Origin: Pseudomonadota bacterium
Lineage (GTDB): Bacteria; SAR324; NAC60-12
Assembly: GCA_004213175.1 (NCBI GenBank)
Contig: SHAT01000005.1
Coordinates: 360-64,359 of the forward strand
Direction: 5' to 3'
Length of the DNA: 64,000 nt
Translations under genes and position numbers: made by a program
Shown here: positions 40,585 through 50,154 of the stretch, piece by piece
How the letters are laid out: each line of letters opens with the position of its first letter
Position numbering within the stretch: the stretch's first letter is position 1
The notes under the pieces: generated by a model
The model's input: only the letters and a program-made list of their open reading frames with translations
Database searches by the model: none
Told to the model about the DNA's origin: nothing

Positions 40585-41985
40585 ATGCTTAGCACAAAAA
40601 TTATATGTACCATTGGTCCTGCCAGTGAATCAACTGATATGTTGATGGATCTTGCTAGAGAAGGGATGAATGTCGCACGACTAAATTTTTCCCATGGAAC
40701 ACATAGTTCTCACCAACAAATTATAGAAAAAATTCGTGAACTGAATAAACAAAGACAATTTCCGGTTGCAGTTTTAATGGATACGCAAGGGCCGGAAATC
40801 AGGACAGGAGACCAGGAAATTAAGCTTGTCCCCGGGGAACGCATTACCATCAATACTCCTCCAAATAAGGAAAAAGAAGGTATACTGTTTGTAGACTATC
40901 CGTACCTGATAAAAGATCTGGAAATTGGCAATCGTATTTCGATTGATAGTGGTTTGATGTGTTTGGAGGTTTTGGCAAAAAGTGAAATAGGTCTGGAATG
41001 TGAAATAATTTACGGAGGTTGTGTCAGGGGACATAGACACGTCAATTTACCCGGAACTATTGTTAAATTGCCAGGAATTACAGAAACTGACAAGCAAGAT
41101 ATTTTATTTGGAATTGAGCAGAATATAGACATAATCGCGTTGTCCTTTGTTAGAAACGCCGAAACGATAAGGGAAGTCAGGGACTTGTTGGGAGATAGCT
41201 CTGAGCATATCAAACTTATTGCCAAAATTGAGAATCAGGAAGGTGTTGATCGTCTCGAAGAAATTGCCAAAGAAGCCGATGGCGTAATGGTCGCACGCGG
41301 TGACTTGGGAATTGAGGTTGAGATGGAAGATGTTCCTCAAATTCAAAGACAGATTGCTTTCTTGTGTGCAAAATACGGTAAACGTCTGATTGTAGCAACT
41401 CAAATGCTCGAATCGATGATTGAAAACCCTGTTCCAACGAGGGCAGAAGTCTCTGATGTTGCAAACGCAGTCTTTGAACAGACTGATGCAATTATGCTTT
41501 CAGGAGAGACTTCTGTTGGAAGATATCCTGCCCATTCAGTGGAAATACTGGCGAGGATTGCGAGACGTACCGAGGATTATCCGGGATTAAATTCTACTGA
41601 AAAATTAGTGAAAGTTCAGCATGGACAACATTTGGCGGAATCTGCTATTCAAATTGCTACTAATTTAAAAATACGTGCAGTTGTTGTGATTACACGTAAT
41701 GGCCGGGGAGCACGCTATCTCTCAAATCTCAGGCCACATAAGATTAACATTTATTCGTTTACAAATAGTGTTAAAGTCTTGTCTTCGATGATTCTCTATA
41801 GAGGTGTTTATCCTTTTCTCATGGAATTGCAGGAAAATCCAGAGATGAGCATTCAGGATGCATTAAGTATTCTTCATGAAAAGGAAGGTTTTGAGCCAGA
41901 AGAAAAAGTAGTTGTGCTGGCTAACATTCTTACGGGTGAAGGTTATTGCACGTCTCTGCAGATACGATCTATTCCGACTATTTAG
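40585..41985 (+). CDS. pyk: Pyruvate kinase
   Basis: TKIICTIGPAS, ARLNFSHG, DTQGPEIR, LSFVR, IAKIEN, MVARGDLG, ATQMLESM, PTRAE.SDVANA, MLSGET. Confidence 0.96.
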   Translation: MLSTKIICTIGPASESTDMLMDLAREGMNVARLNFSHGTHSSHQQIIEKIRELNKQRQFPVAVLMDTQGPEIRTGDQEIKLVPGERITINTPPNKEKEGILFVDYPYLIKDLEIGNRISIDSGLMCLEVLAKSEIGLECEIIYGGCVRGHRHVNLPGTIVKLPGITETDKQDILFGIEQNIDIIALSFVRNAETIREVRDLLGDSSEHIKLIAKIENQEGVDRLEEIAKEADGVMVARGDLGIEVEMEDVPQIQRQIAFLCAKYGKRLIVATQMLESMIENPVPTRAEVSDVANAVFEQTDAIMLSGETSVGRYPAHSVEILARIARRTEDYPGLNSTEKLVKVQHGQHLAESAIQIATNLKIRAVVVITRNGRGARYLSNLRPHKINIYSFTNSVKVLSSMILYRGVYPFLMELQENPEMSIQDALSILHEKEGFEPEEKVVVLANILTGEGYCTSLQIRSIPTI

Positions 41986-42010
41986 CTTGGTTACGTTCAG
42001 CAACTTTGTT

Positions 42011-43252
42011 TTATAAGTTAGAACTCGCTGAAAAAACGAGAGTGAGTGATTCTCGTGTAAGCTTTCTTGTTTCCGTGCTTCCACTGTATAACCAGGCTTT
42101 CCCTGAACCGGAAGTATATATCGTACCTAATGTGAGCGAAGATGAGGACGAGTAAGAGGTGTACCCAAAACTTGCGCCATGGATATCTAAATATTCGTAC
42201 GGAGCTGTTGTTGATGAATCCGGTATGGGAAGGTTTGTATAGTTGGTGAACAAACCAAAACGTATTGCATTCGTAGGATTGAGGTAATATTCCATACCGC
42301 CTGAGTAGTTCAAGATGTTCGCACGTCCTATTTCTGATGTCTGGTAATAATCAACGTCTATTGTATAGAGTAGCGAAGGAGTCGGGAAATAAGATATTCC
42401 CCAGGCCAAGTGCAGGGGAAACTTGCGTTTTTCTTCTGAATTAGTGCGATTCATTAAGGTTAATAGACTTGGTGTACCGGTACTGTTATCTGTGTTGTGA
42501 AAAGAAACATCACCCTGAAAAGATGAGTTAAGTAGAACAGATTGATCTACTGTCATGCCAACTGTGAGCAAACTCCAAGGACTCCACTGCAAACCAATTT
42601 TAGGCATCAAACCATCTTCTCTCAGCTTCCTGCTTTCATAATAAACCTCATATCCATTGTCATCAGCACTTTCCAAGAAATAGTGGTATTGACGCATAAA
42701 ACTGCGGTATTGATAATATAGAGTCAGTCCAAAAGAAAGGCGGTCTCCAAATTTCATTGCTGCTGAGGGTCCCATAAGGTAAGTTATGTCCTCTGAGTGA
42801 AGACTTTGATAATATTTTTTTACAGTGCTGAGAGGATTATCAAATACCAGATCCTGGTGTTCGATAAAAGCTTCAGGAACAACGTATGAAAAACAAAATG
42901 AATAATTTTTGTAATTTTTCAGCACGCCAAAATAGTTAGGTACCAGCGCTTCGCTTTCACGAACCCAATCTTCAGTACCAATCGCTTCGGAGTATACTGT
43001 TTTCATTTTGTGCAGCATATTACCACTACCTGAAAGACTGTCTCCAACCGCATAGGCAATTCCGGCTGGGTTGTAGTAGCATCCAGTACTGTCATCTGAA
43101 ATGGCCACGTAGCTACCACCCATTGTTGCCGCACGTTCACCGATCAGCATATTTTTATAGTGAGCATTATCAGCGTGCAACTGCATGGGAGCAAAGACGA
43201 CACAAATCAAAATACTAAAGTGAAACCATAATTTTCTTAAAGCGTTTTTCAT
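42011..43252 (-). CDS. FadL/OmpP1-like outer-membrane beta-barrel protein
   Basis: Signal peptide ending LHA, G.RA..MGG.YVAI.DD....YYNPAG, amphipathic strands. ATG 43252 preferred. Confidence 0.75.
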   Translation of the reverse strand: MKNALRKLWFHFSILICVVFAPMQLHADNAHYKNMLIGERAATMGGSYVAISDDSTGCYYNPAGIAYAVGDSLSGSGNMLHKMKTVYSEAIGTEDWVRESEALVPNYFGVLKNYKNYSFCFSYVVPEAFIEHQDLVFDNPLSTVKKYYQSLHSEDITYLMGPSAAMKFGDRLSFGLTLYYQYRSFMRQYHYFLESADDNGYEVYYESRKLREDGLMPKIGLQWSPWSLLTVGMTVDQSVLLNSSFQGDVSFHNTDNSTGTPSLLTLMNRTNSEEKRKFPLHLAWGISYFPTPSLLYTIDVDYYQTSEIGRANILNYSGGMEYYLNPTNAIRFGLFTNYTNLPIPDSSTTAPYEYLDIHGASFGYTSYSSSSSLTLGTIYTSGSGKAWLYSGSTETRKLTRESLTLVFSASSNL

Positions 43253-44054
43253 TTGTCTTTCCCTGAATTTTGTCCAGCCCATTCCTGTTAATAAACTCAT
43301 TGAGTTTGCTGTATCTGAATTCAATAGTCGGGTGAGTTTTAGAAAGTACTACAGCTTTACCTTTTGCCAAATGCGGTTTTAAGGATTTTAAAAAATCTAG
43401 ATAACTTCGTGGATCGTAACCTGTTGCAATCAGCATTTCCAGTGCTTTTTGATCAGCATCGAGCTCATCATCTTTGGAGAGACCTTCTTCCATCAGCATT
43501 TTAAATGCAAGGTCATTCAGACGTTCTATTGCGATTTTTGCGCTGAGAGAAGCACCACCTAAGACTTGGGCTATTCCTGATGTAACCGAACTGTCAGTAC
43601 TTTGAAGTTTAAGTTTGCGGATAATGTGTTTTTGACCTACGTGCACCAGTTCGTGAGCCAATACACCCGCGAGTTGTGCTTCATTTCGCATTAGCTTAAG
43701 TGCTCCCAGAGTGACAAAAATATAACCCCCGGGGGCTGCAAAGGCGTTAATATCTTCGGTATCTAGAATGCCGAAATAATATCTAATTTCCGGGCGTCCG
43801 AGTTGCGCGGAGATACCTGTTCCAATTTGGGAAACATAGCGGACCTTTTTCTCGTCCCGTAGGATTTTATATTTCCCTAGGATTTTAGCAGCAACTCCAC
43901 GGCCAAAATCAATTTCACGGTCAGTATTTGCTTCCTGATTTTTCCAAAATATATGATGTGCACGCAAGCGGGATTCATGTGTCTGTGCTGAGGAAGCAAA
44001 GCAAAAATAACAAATGGAAACGAATAACCAGAGATAGTTACGTAATTTTTGCAT
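43215..44054 (-). CDS. M48 family Zn metalloprotease (BepA/LoiP-like)
   Basis: Signal peptide, INAFAAPGGYIFV, EAQLAGVLAHELVH (HExxH), E.DAD, GYDP, THP...R. Confidence 0.9.
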   Translation of the reverse strand: MQKLRNYLWLFVSICYFCFASSAQTHESRLRAHHIFWKNQEANTDREIDFGRGVAAKILGKYKILRDEKKVRYVSQIGTGISAQLGRPEIRYYFGILDTEDINAFAAPGGYIFVTLGALKLMRNEAQLAGVLAHELVHVGQKHIIRKLKLQSTDSSVTSGIAQVLGGASLSAKIAIERLNDLAFKMLMEEGLSKDDELDADQKALEMLIATGYDPRSYLDFLKSLKPHLAKGKAVVLSKTHPTIEFRYSKLNEFINRNGLDKIQGKTNEKRFKKIMVSL

Positions 44055-44060
44055 TATTAA

Positions 44061-44597
44061 TTACTCTGTTAGGGTTAAAAATATTACAGAGTTTTCTTCA
44101 TCGAATGGTCTATTTTCCAACCACTCCAGTGCAGCATAATCCGTTTGAAATGGACTGATTTTTTTGCCTTTGCTGTCCAATAAACCCTTCACACCGACAA
44201 CCGCGGAAAAGGTGCGTAACCTTAGTCTACGGCCTGATGCAGACTGGAGTTGAACTTTTTGTCCTAAAATCAGTTTTTTCCTTTTAACAGGAAATTTTGA
44301 GATTTGCCCACGTAAAAGCCATCCCTGATTTTCTCCAGCTTTAACCTTTTGCCAAATTCCTTTGCTCACTAACGGTAGTACTTTTGTACCTCGTTTCAGT
44401 TTGAAGGAACTTTTGCTATGAATAGAAGGTTGCTCGCGCAATACCGCTCCCATTCCCTTAATATAACCTGTATTATTAACTGCGAATACTGAGGAAAGAA
44501 AAAAAGTCAATAGCAGGAAAATACCCGCAAAAATTTGTAGGAAAATATTTATGCTATGAAAACTAGAGTCAAGTTGTTTTTGAGACTTGGTTATCAT
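44061..44597 (-). CDS. Secreted bacterial SH3 (SH3b)-like domain protein
   Basis: Signal ending VFA, LREQPS..S....L.RG.KV....KG.W.KV.....GW, VGVKGL. Start uncertain (44597 or 44633). Confidence 0.7.
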   Translation of the reverse strand: MITKSQKQLDSSFHSINIFLQIFAGIFLLLTFFLSSVFAVNNTGYIKGMGAVLREQPSIHSKSSFKLKRGTKVLPLVSKGIWQKVKAGENQGWLLRGQISKFPVKRKKLILGQKVQLQSASGRRLRLRTFSAVVGVKGLLDSKGKKISPFQTDYAALEWLENRPFDEENSVIFLTLTE

Positions 44598-45093
44598 TTT
44601 TTGAAAATAATAGAGGAATGATAAAGAAAACAACTCCTAGGCTAATGAAACAATCGGCAAGGTTGTTGACGAAGAAACTTGTTTCATACCAACGAAAGTG
44701 GAAAAAATCCGTTACATAACCATATACCACTCTATCGATTAAATTTCCGGCCGCACCAGGTAAAACACAGACAAGTCCTGAACGAGTAAAAAAGTCTAAC
44801 TCATTCCAGTAGCGTGTTTGATAAAAGATCATTGCGATCACTGCTACTGAAGATACCCCAACTAACAGAGGAATGCGAAAAGAATCTGATATATCTGAAA
44901 AAATGCTGAAACTTATACCACGGTTTTGAACATGAGTTAAGTCTATGAAATTTGTTAACAGCTCTGTTATTTCATATAGAGGGATTTCCGCTCTAACCCA
45001 TATTTTTGAGCCTAGATCAAGCCCCAGAAGTAGTATCATGATTAGCAAGCTTAATCTGAAGGAAGGTGTTGATAATGTTTCAAAAGTATTCAA
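44569..45093 (-). CDS. lspA: Lipoprotein signal peptidase II
   Basis: DLGSK, N.GISFS, GAAGNLIDR, G.VTDF, NLADCFI; TTG start overlaps the hisS stop. Confidence 0.93.
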   Translation of the reverse strand: MNTFETLSTPSFRLSLLIMILLLGLDLGSKIWVRAEIPLYEITELLTNFIDLTHVQNRGISFSIFSDISDSFRIPLLVGVSSVAVIAMIFYQTRYWNELDFFTRSGLVCVLPGAAGNLIDRVVYGYVTDFFHFRWYETSFFVNNLADCFISLGVVFFIIPLLFSKNDNQVSKTT

Positions 45094-46373
45094 GCAGCTT
45101 GCCCCGCAGAAGAAATTAAATCTGTGATATTTATTGGATTCTGTTCACGAAGTTGCATGTCTCTAATAACCACCTTCTCCTGTTTCAATTCTTCCGGAAA
45201 AAGCAGTATCGCAAATTTTGCACCGGATTCATTTGCCTCATGGAGCGATTTCTTCATTTTTTTCATGCTAAAATTACAATCCACAATTGCACCTTTTGAA
45301 CGTAATTCATTCGCAATTTTTAATGCGATTCCGACCTGTTCATTGTCAAAAGGAATTATAGTGTAATCCAGTGTACGCGTCAACTCCGGAAAGCGTTCCA
45401 ACTCTCTAAGTACATCTAAAACAACCACATCACCAAATCCGAAACCAACCGCAGGCACGGATTTTCCGCCGTATGTTGAAAGAAGAGAATCATATCGCCC
45501 ACCACCGCAAATTGCGCGGTGCTGTTTTTCGGGACTGTTGATCTCAAAAACAGCACCTGTGTAATAAGATAATCCTCTGACGATGGAAATATCAAATTGC
45601 AGATAATCGCTGTATCCTGCAGTATCCATTAACTGTAGCAAGTGTTGTAATTCATCTATACCCTCTGTGTGCTGCAACTCTTCTTTCAATTCCTGCAGGT
45701 TCGTTTTTGTTAAATATTCATTTAAATGCTGTACCTGCGAAGATGTCATTCCAACATCTTTCAGCATTGTGCCTAGTGTCTCAGGAGATACTTTGTCGCG
45801 CTTATCCATGATAACGAGAATTGCGCTATGGAGTTTCTCCGTTACATTCAATTGACTAAGTATAGCGTTTAAGATGCGACGGTCATTGATAAAAACACGA
45901 ATATCTTTTGCAGAAAGTCCCATTGATTCACATGCCGATATGAGTAGCATCAGAATTTCTGCTTCTGCCACCATATCCGGTTGACCGATGATGTCTGCAT
46001 TCCACTGAAAATGTTCACGCCGACGACCTTTGGTCATACGTTCATAACGAAAACATTGTGGCATCGAAAACCATTTGATTGGGAATAATAATGATTTTGT
46101 TCTTTGAAGAACCAGCCTTGCCAGTGATGGTGTCATTTCCGGGCGCAGACTTAAGCGCCTACCTCCCTTGTCTTCGAAGCTGTATAGCTGTTTACTTATT
46201 TCATCACCTGCTTTCCGAATATAAAGCTCCTCATGTTCCAATACACATGTATCATATTCTTCAAATCCGGCTTGTTCCGAAACACTGCGCCAAACTTGAA
46301 ATAACCAGTTGCGCATCCGCATTTCGTCAGGGAAGAAATCACGGGTCCCCTTGACAGGCTGTAAGTCAATCAT
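45090..46373 (-). CDS. hisS: Histidyl-tRNA synthetase
   Basis: KGTRDF, LRPEMTPS.AR, FRYER...GRRREH.QWN.D, VRGLSYYTG, GGGRYD.L, VGFGFG. Confidence 0.96.
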   Translation of the reverse strand: MIDLQPVKGTRDFFPDEMRMRNWLFQVWRSVSEQAGFEEYDTCVLEHEELYIRKAGDEISKQLYSFEDKGGRRLSLRPEMTPSLARLVLQRTKSLLFPIKWFSMPQCFRYERMTKGRRREHFQWNADIIGQPDMVAEAEILMLLISACESMGLSAKDIRVFINDRRILNAILSQLNVTEKLHSAILVIMDKRDKVSPETLGTMLKDVGMTSSQVQHLNEYLTKTNLQELKEELQHTEGIDELQHLLQLMDTAGYSDYLQFDISIVRGLSYYTGAVFEINSPEKQHRAICGGGRYDSLLSTYGGKSVPAVGFGFGDVVVLDVLRELERFPELTRTLDYTIIPFDNEQVGIALKIANELRSKGAIVDCNFSMKKMKKSLHEANESGAKFAILLFPEELKQEKVVIRDMQLREQNPINITDLISSAGQAA

Positions 46374-46427
46374 AATCTATATATTCTTATGCTGTGTATT
46401 AAAAATATTGAATTTGCTGAGGGACCT

Positions 46428-47339
46428 TCACTGTTGAAAAGCCAATTCTGGGATTTTTTTAAAGTCATCCCAGGCCTGAGACATAGCGGAACGATTTCTT
46501 AAAAGGTATGAAGGGTGAAATGTCGGCAGCGTTGTCCAATTTTCGTATCGCATAATTCTCCCGTGCGCCTTGGTAATTCCAGGCAGTTCCGGAATCAAAG
46601 TCTTTGAGGGCACATTACCCAGCGTGACTATCAATTTCGGATTTATTAATTCAATTTGTTGTCTCAGGGCAGGCATGCAGCATGAAATTTCTGCTGGCGT
46701 AGGGTTCCTGTTATTAGGAGGTCTGCATTTTACAATGTTGGTAATGTATACATCCTGCCTTTCAATTCCTAATGTGTTTATCATCTTGGTCAACAACCTT
46801 CCCGCCCGCCCTACAAAAGGCTCTCCCTGAGCGTCTTCTTCTGCTCCAGGACCTTCTCCTATAAACATCACTGCTGCTTGCTGAATGCCTCGGCCAAAAA
46901 CCAGATTTGTCCTGGTTTTCCCAAGTTCACACTTTTGACAAGATTTATACTTTGCAGCTAATTTTATCAAGCTTGAAAAATTATCAGTGGTTTTTTGCTG
47001 AGGTGGAAATTGAGCAAATACCTCTGTTACGGTTTTTTTCATTACTGCTGAATTACTTTCCTTGAAAGCTGAAATACCTGTTGAAGGTGGATATACCGCA
47101 GTATCAATTTTTTCATCATTAATTTTTAGCACAGGTTGATTTTGTGCAGACAGTTTGTAGTTAGCGCCTTCGAGCTTTACAGTTATTTCAGTTTTTGTAC
47201 ACATCATTTCTTCTAACCCATCCAGCAACAGCTTCAGCTTTACTTTGGGCATAGCTTCGATATTAATGTAATTTAGCCCTTTTTTATGAAGAGATTGCAA
47301 TTGATTTTCTAATTGCAACAACAACGTTGGATAGTCCAA
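46428..47339 (-). CDS. Family 4 (Fe-S) uracil-DNA glycosylase with N-terminal extension
   Basis: CQKCEL, VFG.G, GEGPG.EED..G.PFVG.AG, TN.VKCRPP.NR.P...E...C, HPSY. Confidence 0.92.
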   Translation of the reverse strand: MDYPTLLLQLENQLQSLHKKGLNYINIEAMPKVKLKLLLDGLEEMMCTKTEITVKLEGANYKLSAQNQPVLKINDEKIDTAVYPPSTGISAFKESNSAVMKKTVTEVFAQFPPQQKTTDNFSSLIKLAAKYKSCQKCELGKTRTNLVFGRGIQQAAVMFIGEGPGAEEDAQGEPFVGRAGRLLTKMINTLGIERQDVYITNIVKCRPPNNRNPTPAEISCCMPALRQQIELINPKLIVTLGNVPSKTLIPELPGITKAHGRIMRYENWTTLPTFHPSYLLRNRSAMSQAWDDFKKIPELAFQQ

Positions 47340-47442
47340 AATTTTCTCTGTTAAGAATGATTTTTGTATAACTGTTTATACTTGCCGTGCTCTCATACTC
47401 ATTATGAAATTTGCCAAACTAAATTCTACTATTTTTGTATAT

Positions 47443-48798
47443 TTATAAAATATAACGACTTAAATCCTGATTTTTCAATAAGTTAGAAATTCGGCTTTTA
47501 ATATATTCCGGAGTTACAGATATCTTTTGACCTTTCAATTCCGGCGCAGTAAAGCTAACTTCTTCAAGCAGTTGCTCCATAACTGTGTGAAGTCTGCGTG
47601 CACCGATATTTTCGGATTCTTCATTAATTTGACAGGCAATTTCCGCAATGGTGTCAATTGCGTCTTTGGTAAATTCCAACTCAACACCTTCTGTTCTCAT
47701 CAACTCTGTATATTGAACTATCAGTGCATTTTTTGGTTCAGTCAGAATTCGCACAAAATCTTCCCGACTGAGTGACTGTAATTCAACACGTATTGGAAAT
47801 CTTCCCTGCAGTTCCGGAATCATGTCAGACGGTTTTGTAAGATGAAATGCTCCTGCGGCAATAAAAAGGATATGGTCTGTTTGAACTGGTCCATATTTGG
47901 TGTTGACGGTTGAACCTTCCACAATCGGTAACAAATCTCTCTGTACGCCTTCTCTGGAAACGTCTGGTCCCTGAGAATGGCTTCGGCGCGAAGCTACTTT
48001 ATCAACTTCATCCAAGAAAACTATACCGCTTTGTTCAACACGTGTTACTGCTTCACGTGATACTTCTTCCATGTCAATAAGTTTGCTGACCTCTTCTTGC
48101 TGCAAAATTTTTCTCGCTTCATCAATACTGACACGTCTCCGTTTTGACTGTTTGGGCATCATATTTGAGAGCATGTCTCGAATATTCATGTCCATATTGT
48201 CGTTCATTGAAACCGGCATAAATTCCATCACAGCACCGGAAGGGCGTTCGGATACATCCAGCTCAACCATGCGATCATCTAAAACTCCGGAGCTAAGTTT
48301 TTTCCGGAATTTGTCTCGAGTCGGGTTTTCCGTTTTATTAACTGAAGATTCTTCATCCTTTTTCTCTGCCGGAGGGAGGAGTAGATCCAGTAGACGCTCC
48401 TCTACCATTTCTTTTGCGGCTTCCTGTTTGCGCTCCATTTGCTCATGACGTACCATATTGACTGAATAATCTGCCAAATCGCGAATCATTGATTCAACAT
48501 CACGTCCCACATAGCCAACTTCAGTAAATTTGGAAGCCTCAACTTTTACAAAAGGAGCATTGACTAATCTGGAAATTCGACGAGCAATTTCAGTTTTGCC
48601 GATACCTGTTGCTCCGATCATTATGATGTTTTTTGGTAAAATTTCATCTTTTAAATCTTCATCAAGTTGTAGACGTCTCCAGCGATTGCGTAGAGCTACC
48701 GCTACAGCTTTTTTTGCGTCAGTCTGACCTATTATGTAACGGTCCAATGCTACTACCGTTTCCTGCGGCGTCATATTTAGTTCTGTTGCAGATTTCAT
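47443..48798 (-). CDS. hslU: ATP-dependent protease ATPase subunit HslU
   Basis: [66 protein letters not shown]. Confidence 0.97.
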   Translation of the reverse strand: MKSATELNMTPQETVVALDRYIIGQTDAKKAVAVALRNRWRRLQLDEDLKDEILPKNIIMIGATGIGKTEIARRISRLVNAPFVKVEASKFTEVGYVGRDVESMIRDLADYSVNMVRHEQMERKQEAAKEMVEERLLDLLLPPAEKKDEESSVNKTENPTRDKFRKKLSSGVLDDRMVELDVSERPSGAVMEFMPVSMNDNMDMNIRDMLSNMMPKQSKRRRVSIDEARKILQQEEVSKLIDMEEVSREAVTRVEQSGIVFLDEVDKVASRRSHSQGPDVSREGVQRDLLPIVEGSTVNTKYGPVQTDHILFIAAGAFHLTKPSDMIPELQGRFPIRVELQSLSREDFVRILTEPKNALIVQYTELMRTEGVELEFTKDAIDTIAEIACQINEESENIGARRLHTVMEQLLEEVSFTAPELKGQKISVTPEYIKSRISNLLKNQDLSRYIL

Positions 48799-48802
48799 TT
48801 GT

Positions 48803-49324
48803 TTAGTATTTCAATTCTTCGTAGGTAATTTTGTCATTGGTATAGATACAAATATCAGCGGCAATTTTCATGGATTTTTCTGCAATTTTACGTGGGCTGA
48901 TTTTCGTTTCCATTAGAGCACGTGCAGCTGCAAGGGCATACATTCCTCCTGACCCTATTCCTATCAGTCCATCATCAGGTTCAATTACATCCCCGTTTCC
49001 TGAAATAACAAGTGAGGCCTCTGCACTTGAAACCGCGAGTAATGCTTCCAGATTACGAAGCATTTTGTCTGTCCTCCATTCTTTGGCAAGTTCAACAGCT
49101 GAGCGAAGGAGCTTCCCGTTGTACTGCTCGAGTTTTTCATCAAATTTTTCAAAGAGAGTGAAGGCATCTGCGGTTGAACCAGCAAAACCAGCAATAACCT
49201 TTCCGTCAAAAGTGTTGCGCAGCTTACGTGCCGAAGGTTTCATAATGGTGTTCTGCATGGAGACTTGTCCGTCGCCCGCCATTACAATTTGGTTGTCCTT
49301 GCGTACGCAGAGAATAGTTGTCAT
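48803..49324 (-). CDS. hslV: ATP-dependent protease subunit HslV
   Basis: N-terminal [40 protein letters not shown]. Confidence 0.97.
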   Translation of the reverse strand: MTTILCVRKDNQIVMAGDGQVSMQNTIMKPSARKLRNTFDGKVIAGFAGSTADAFTLFEKFDEKLEQYNGKLLRSAVELAKEWRTDKMLRNLEALLAVSSAEASLVISGNGDVIEPDDGLIGIGSGGMYALAAARALMETKISPRKIAEKSMKIAADICIYTNDKITYEELKY

Positions 49325-49433
49325 AAGTTTGTATTGTAATTTGTTTATCTAGACTTCATATTTATCATAGCAGTTGTGAAATTTTTGTCCAGACGAGAGA
49401 AAAACTCGTCGAAATTCAATGTGGGAATTTTGG

Positions 49434-50000
49434 TTATTGTTCATGTATTGCTAAAAAATATGCCACAACATATTTATATCCGCTCCAGAGAGAAATAACA
49501 GTTGAAGCCCATAGAATGACAATTCCAACCTCATGGGTTGGGATTCCAATGGTTGGGTAGTGAATGATTAGGAAGCCCACTGCAAACATTTGTGAGATGG
49601 TTTTTAGTTTTCCTCCGGAACTGGCTGAAATAACAATTCCTTCTACCGCTGCGATGGAACGTAAGCCGTTAACTATAAATTCACGGGAGATAAGAATTAC
49701 AGTTAACAGAGCGGGAGCTCTATCAATTCCCACCAGTAAAACAAGTATTGATCCAATCAAAATTTTGTCAGCAACAGGGTCAAGTAATTTGCCTAGCTTA
49801 GTTGTTTTTCCTTGATGGCGAGCCAGTACACCGTCCCAGTAATCTGTCAGGCAGGCGAATAAAAAAACTAGCCATGTACTGAACAAAATCCAGTGCTCGT
49901 CCCTACCAATTACGATGCCTGTATAAATAATAGGCACCAATGCCACACGCAATGTAGTTAAATGATTTGCGGTAAACCATTTGGAGAAGAAAGCAACCAT
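49434..50000 (-). CDS. pgsA: CDP-diacylglycerol--glycerol-3-phosphate 3-phosphatidyltransferase
   Basis: N.LT.LR, TDYWDGVLAR, GKLLDPVADK, RE..V.GLR, GK.KT..Q. Confidence 0.93.
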   Translation of the reverse strand: MVAFFSKWFTANHLTTLRVALVPIIYTGIVIGRDEHWILFSTWLVFLFACLTDYWDGVLARHQGKTTKLGKLLDPVADKILIGSILVLLVGIDRAPALLTVILISREFIVNGLRSIAAVEGIVISASSGGKLKTISQMFAVGFLIIHYPTIGIPTHEVGIVILWASTVISLWSGYKYVVAYFLAIHEQ

Positions 50001-50154
50001 GAAAAATATTCCTGTCTTGAGTTTTTTTGTTCAAATGTATATGATGCGCGTATGAACGGAAAAAAGCAATTTCCCTTTGTGTGCGAATTAATTTTATAAA
50101 TTTATTGTAGAGAAAATTAGCAAAAAACTAGACTACCAAAAATCTTTATTGCTT

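Noticed and set aside
48870-49352. 160-aa antisense ORF over hslV, and similar shadow ORFs (1854..2309, 30239..30694, 48071..48448, 60000..60506)
   Set aside because: They lie essentially within longer genes on the opposite strand, show no motifs, and most have the Ser/Phe/Ile-rich composition typical of antisense frames.
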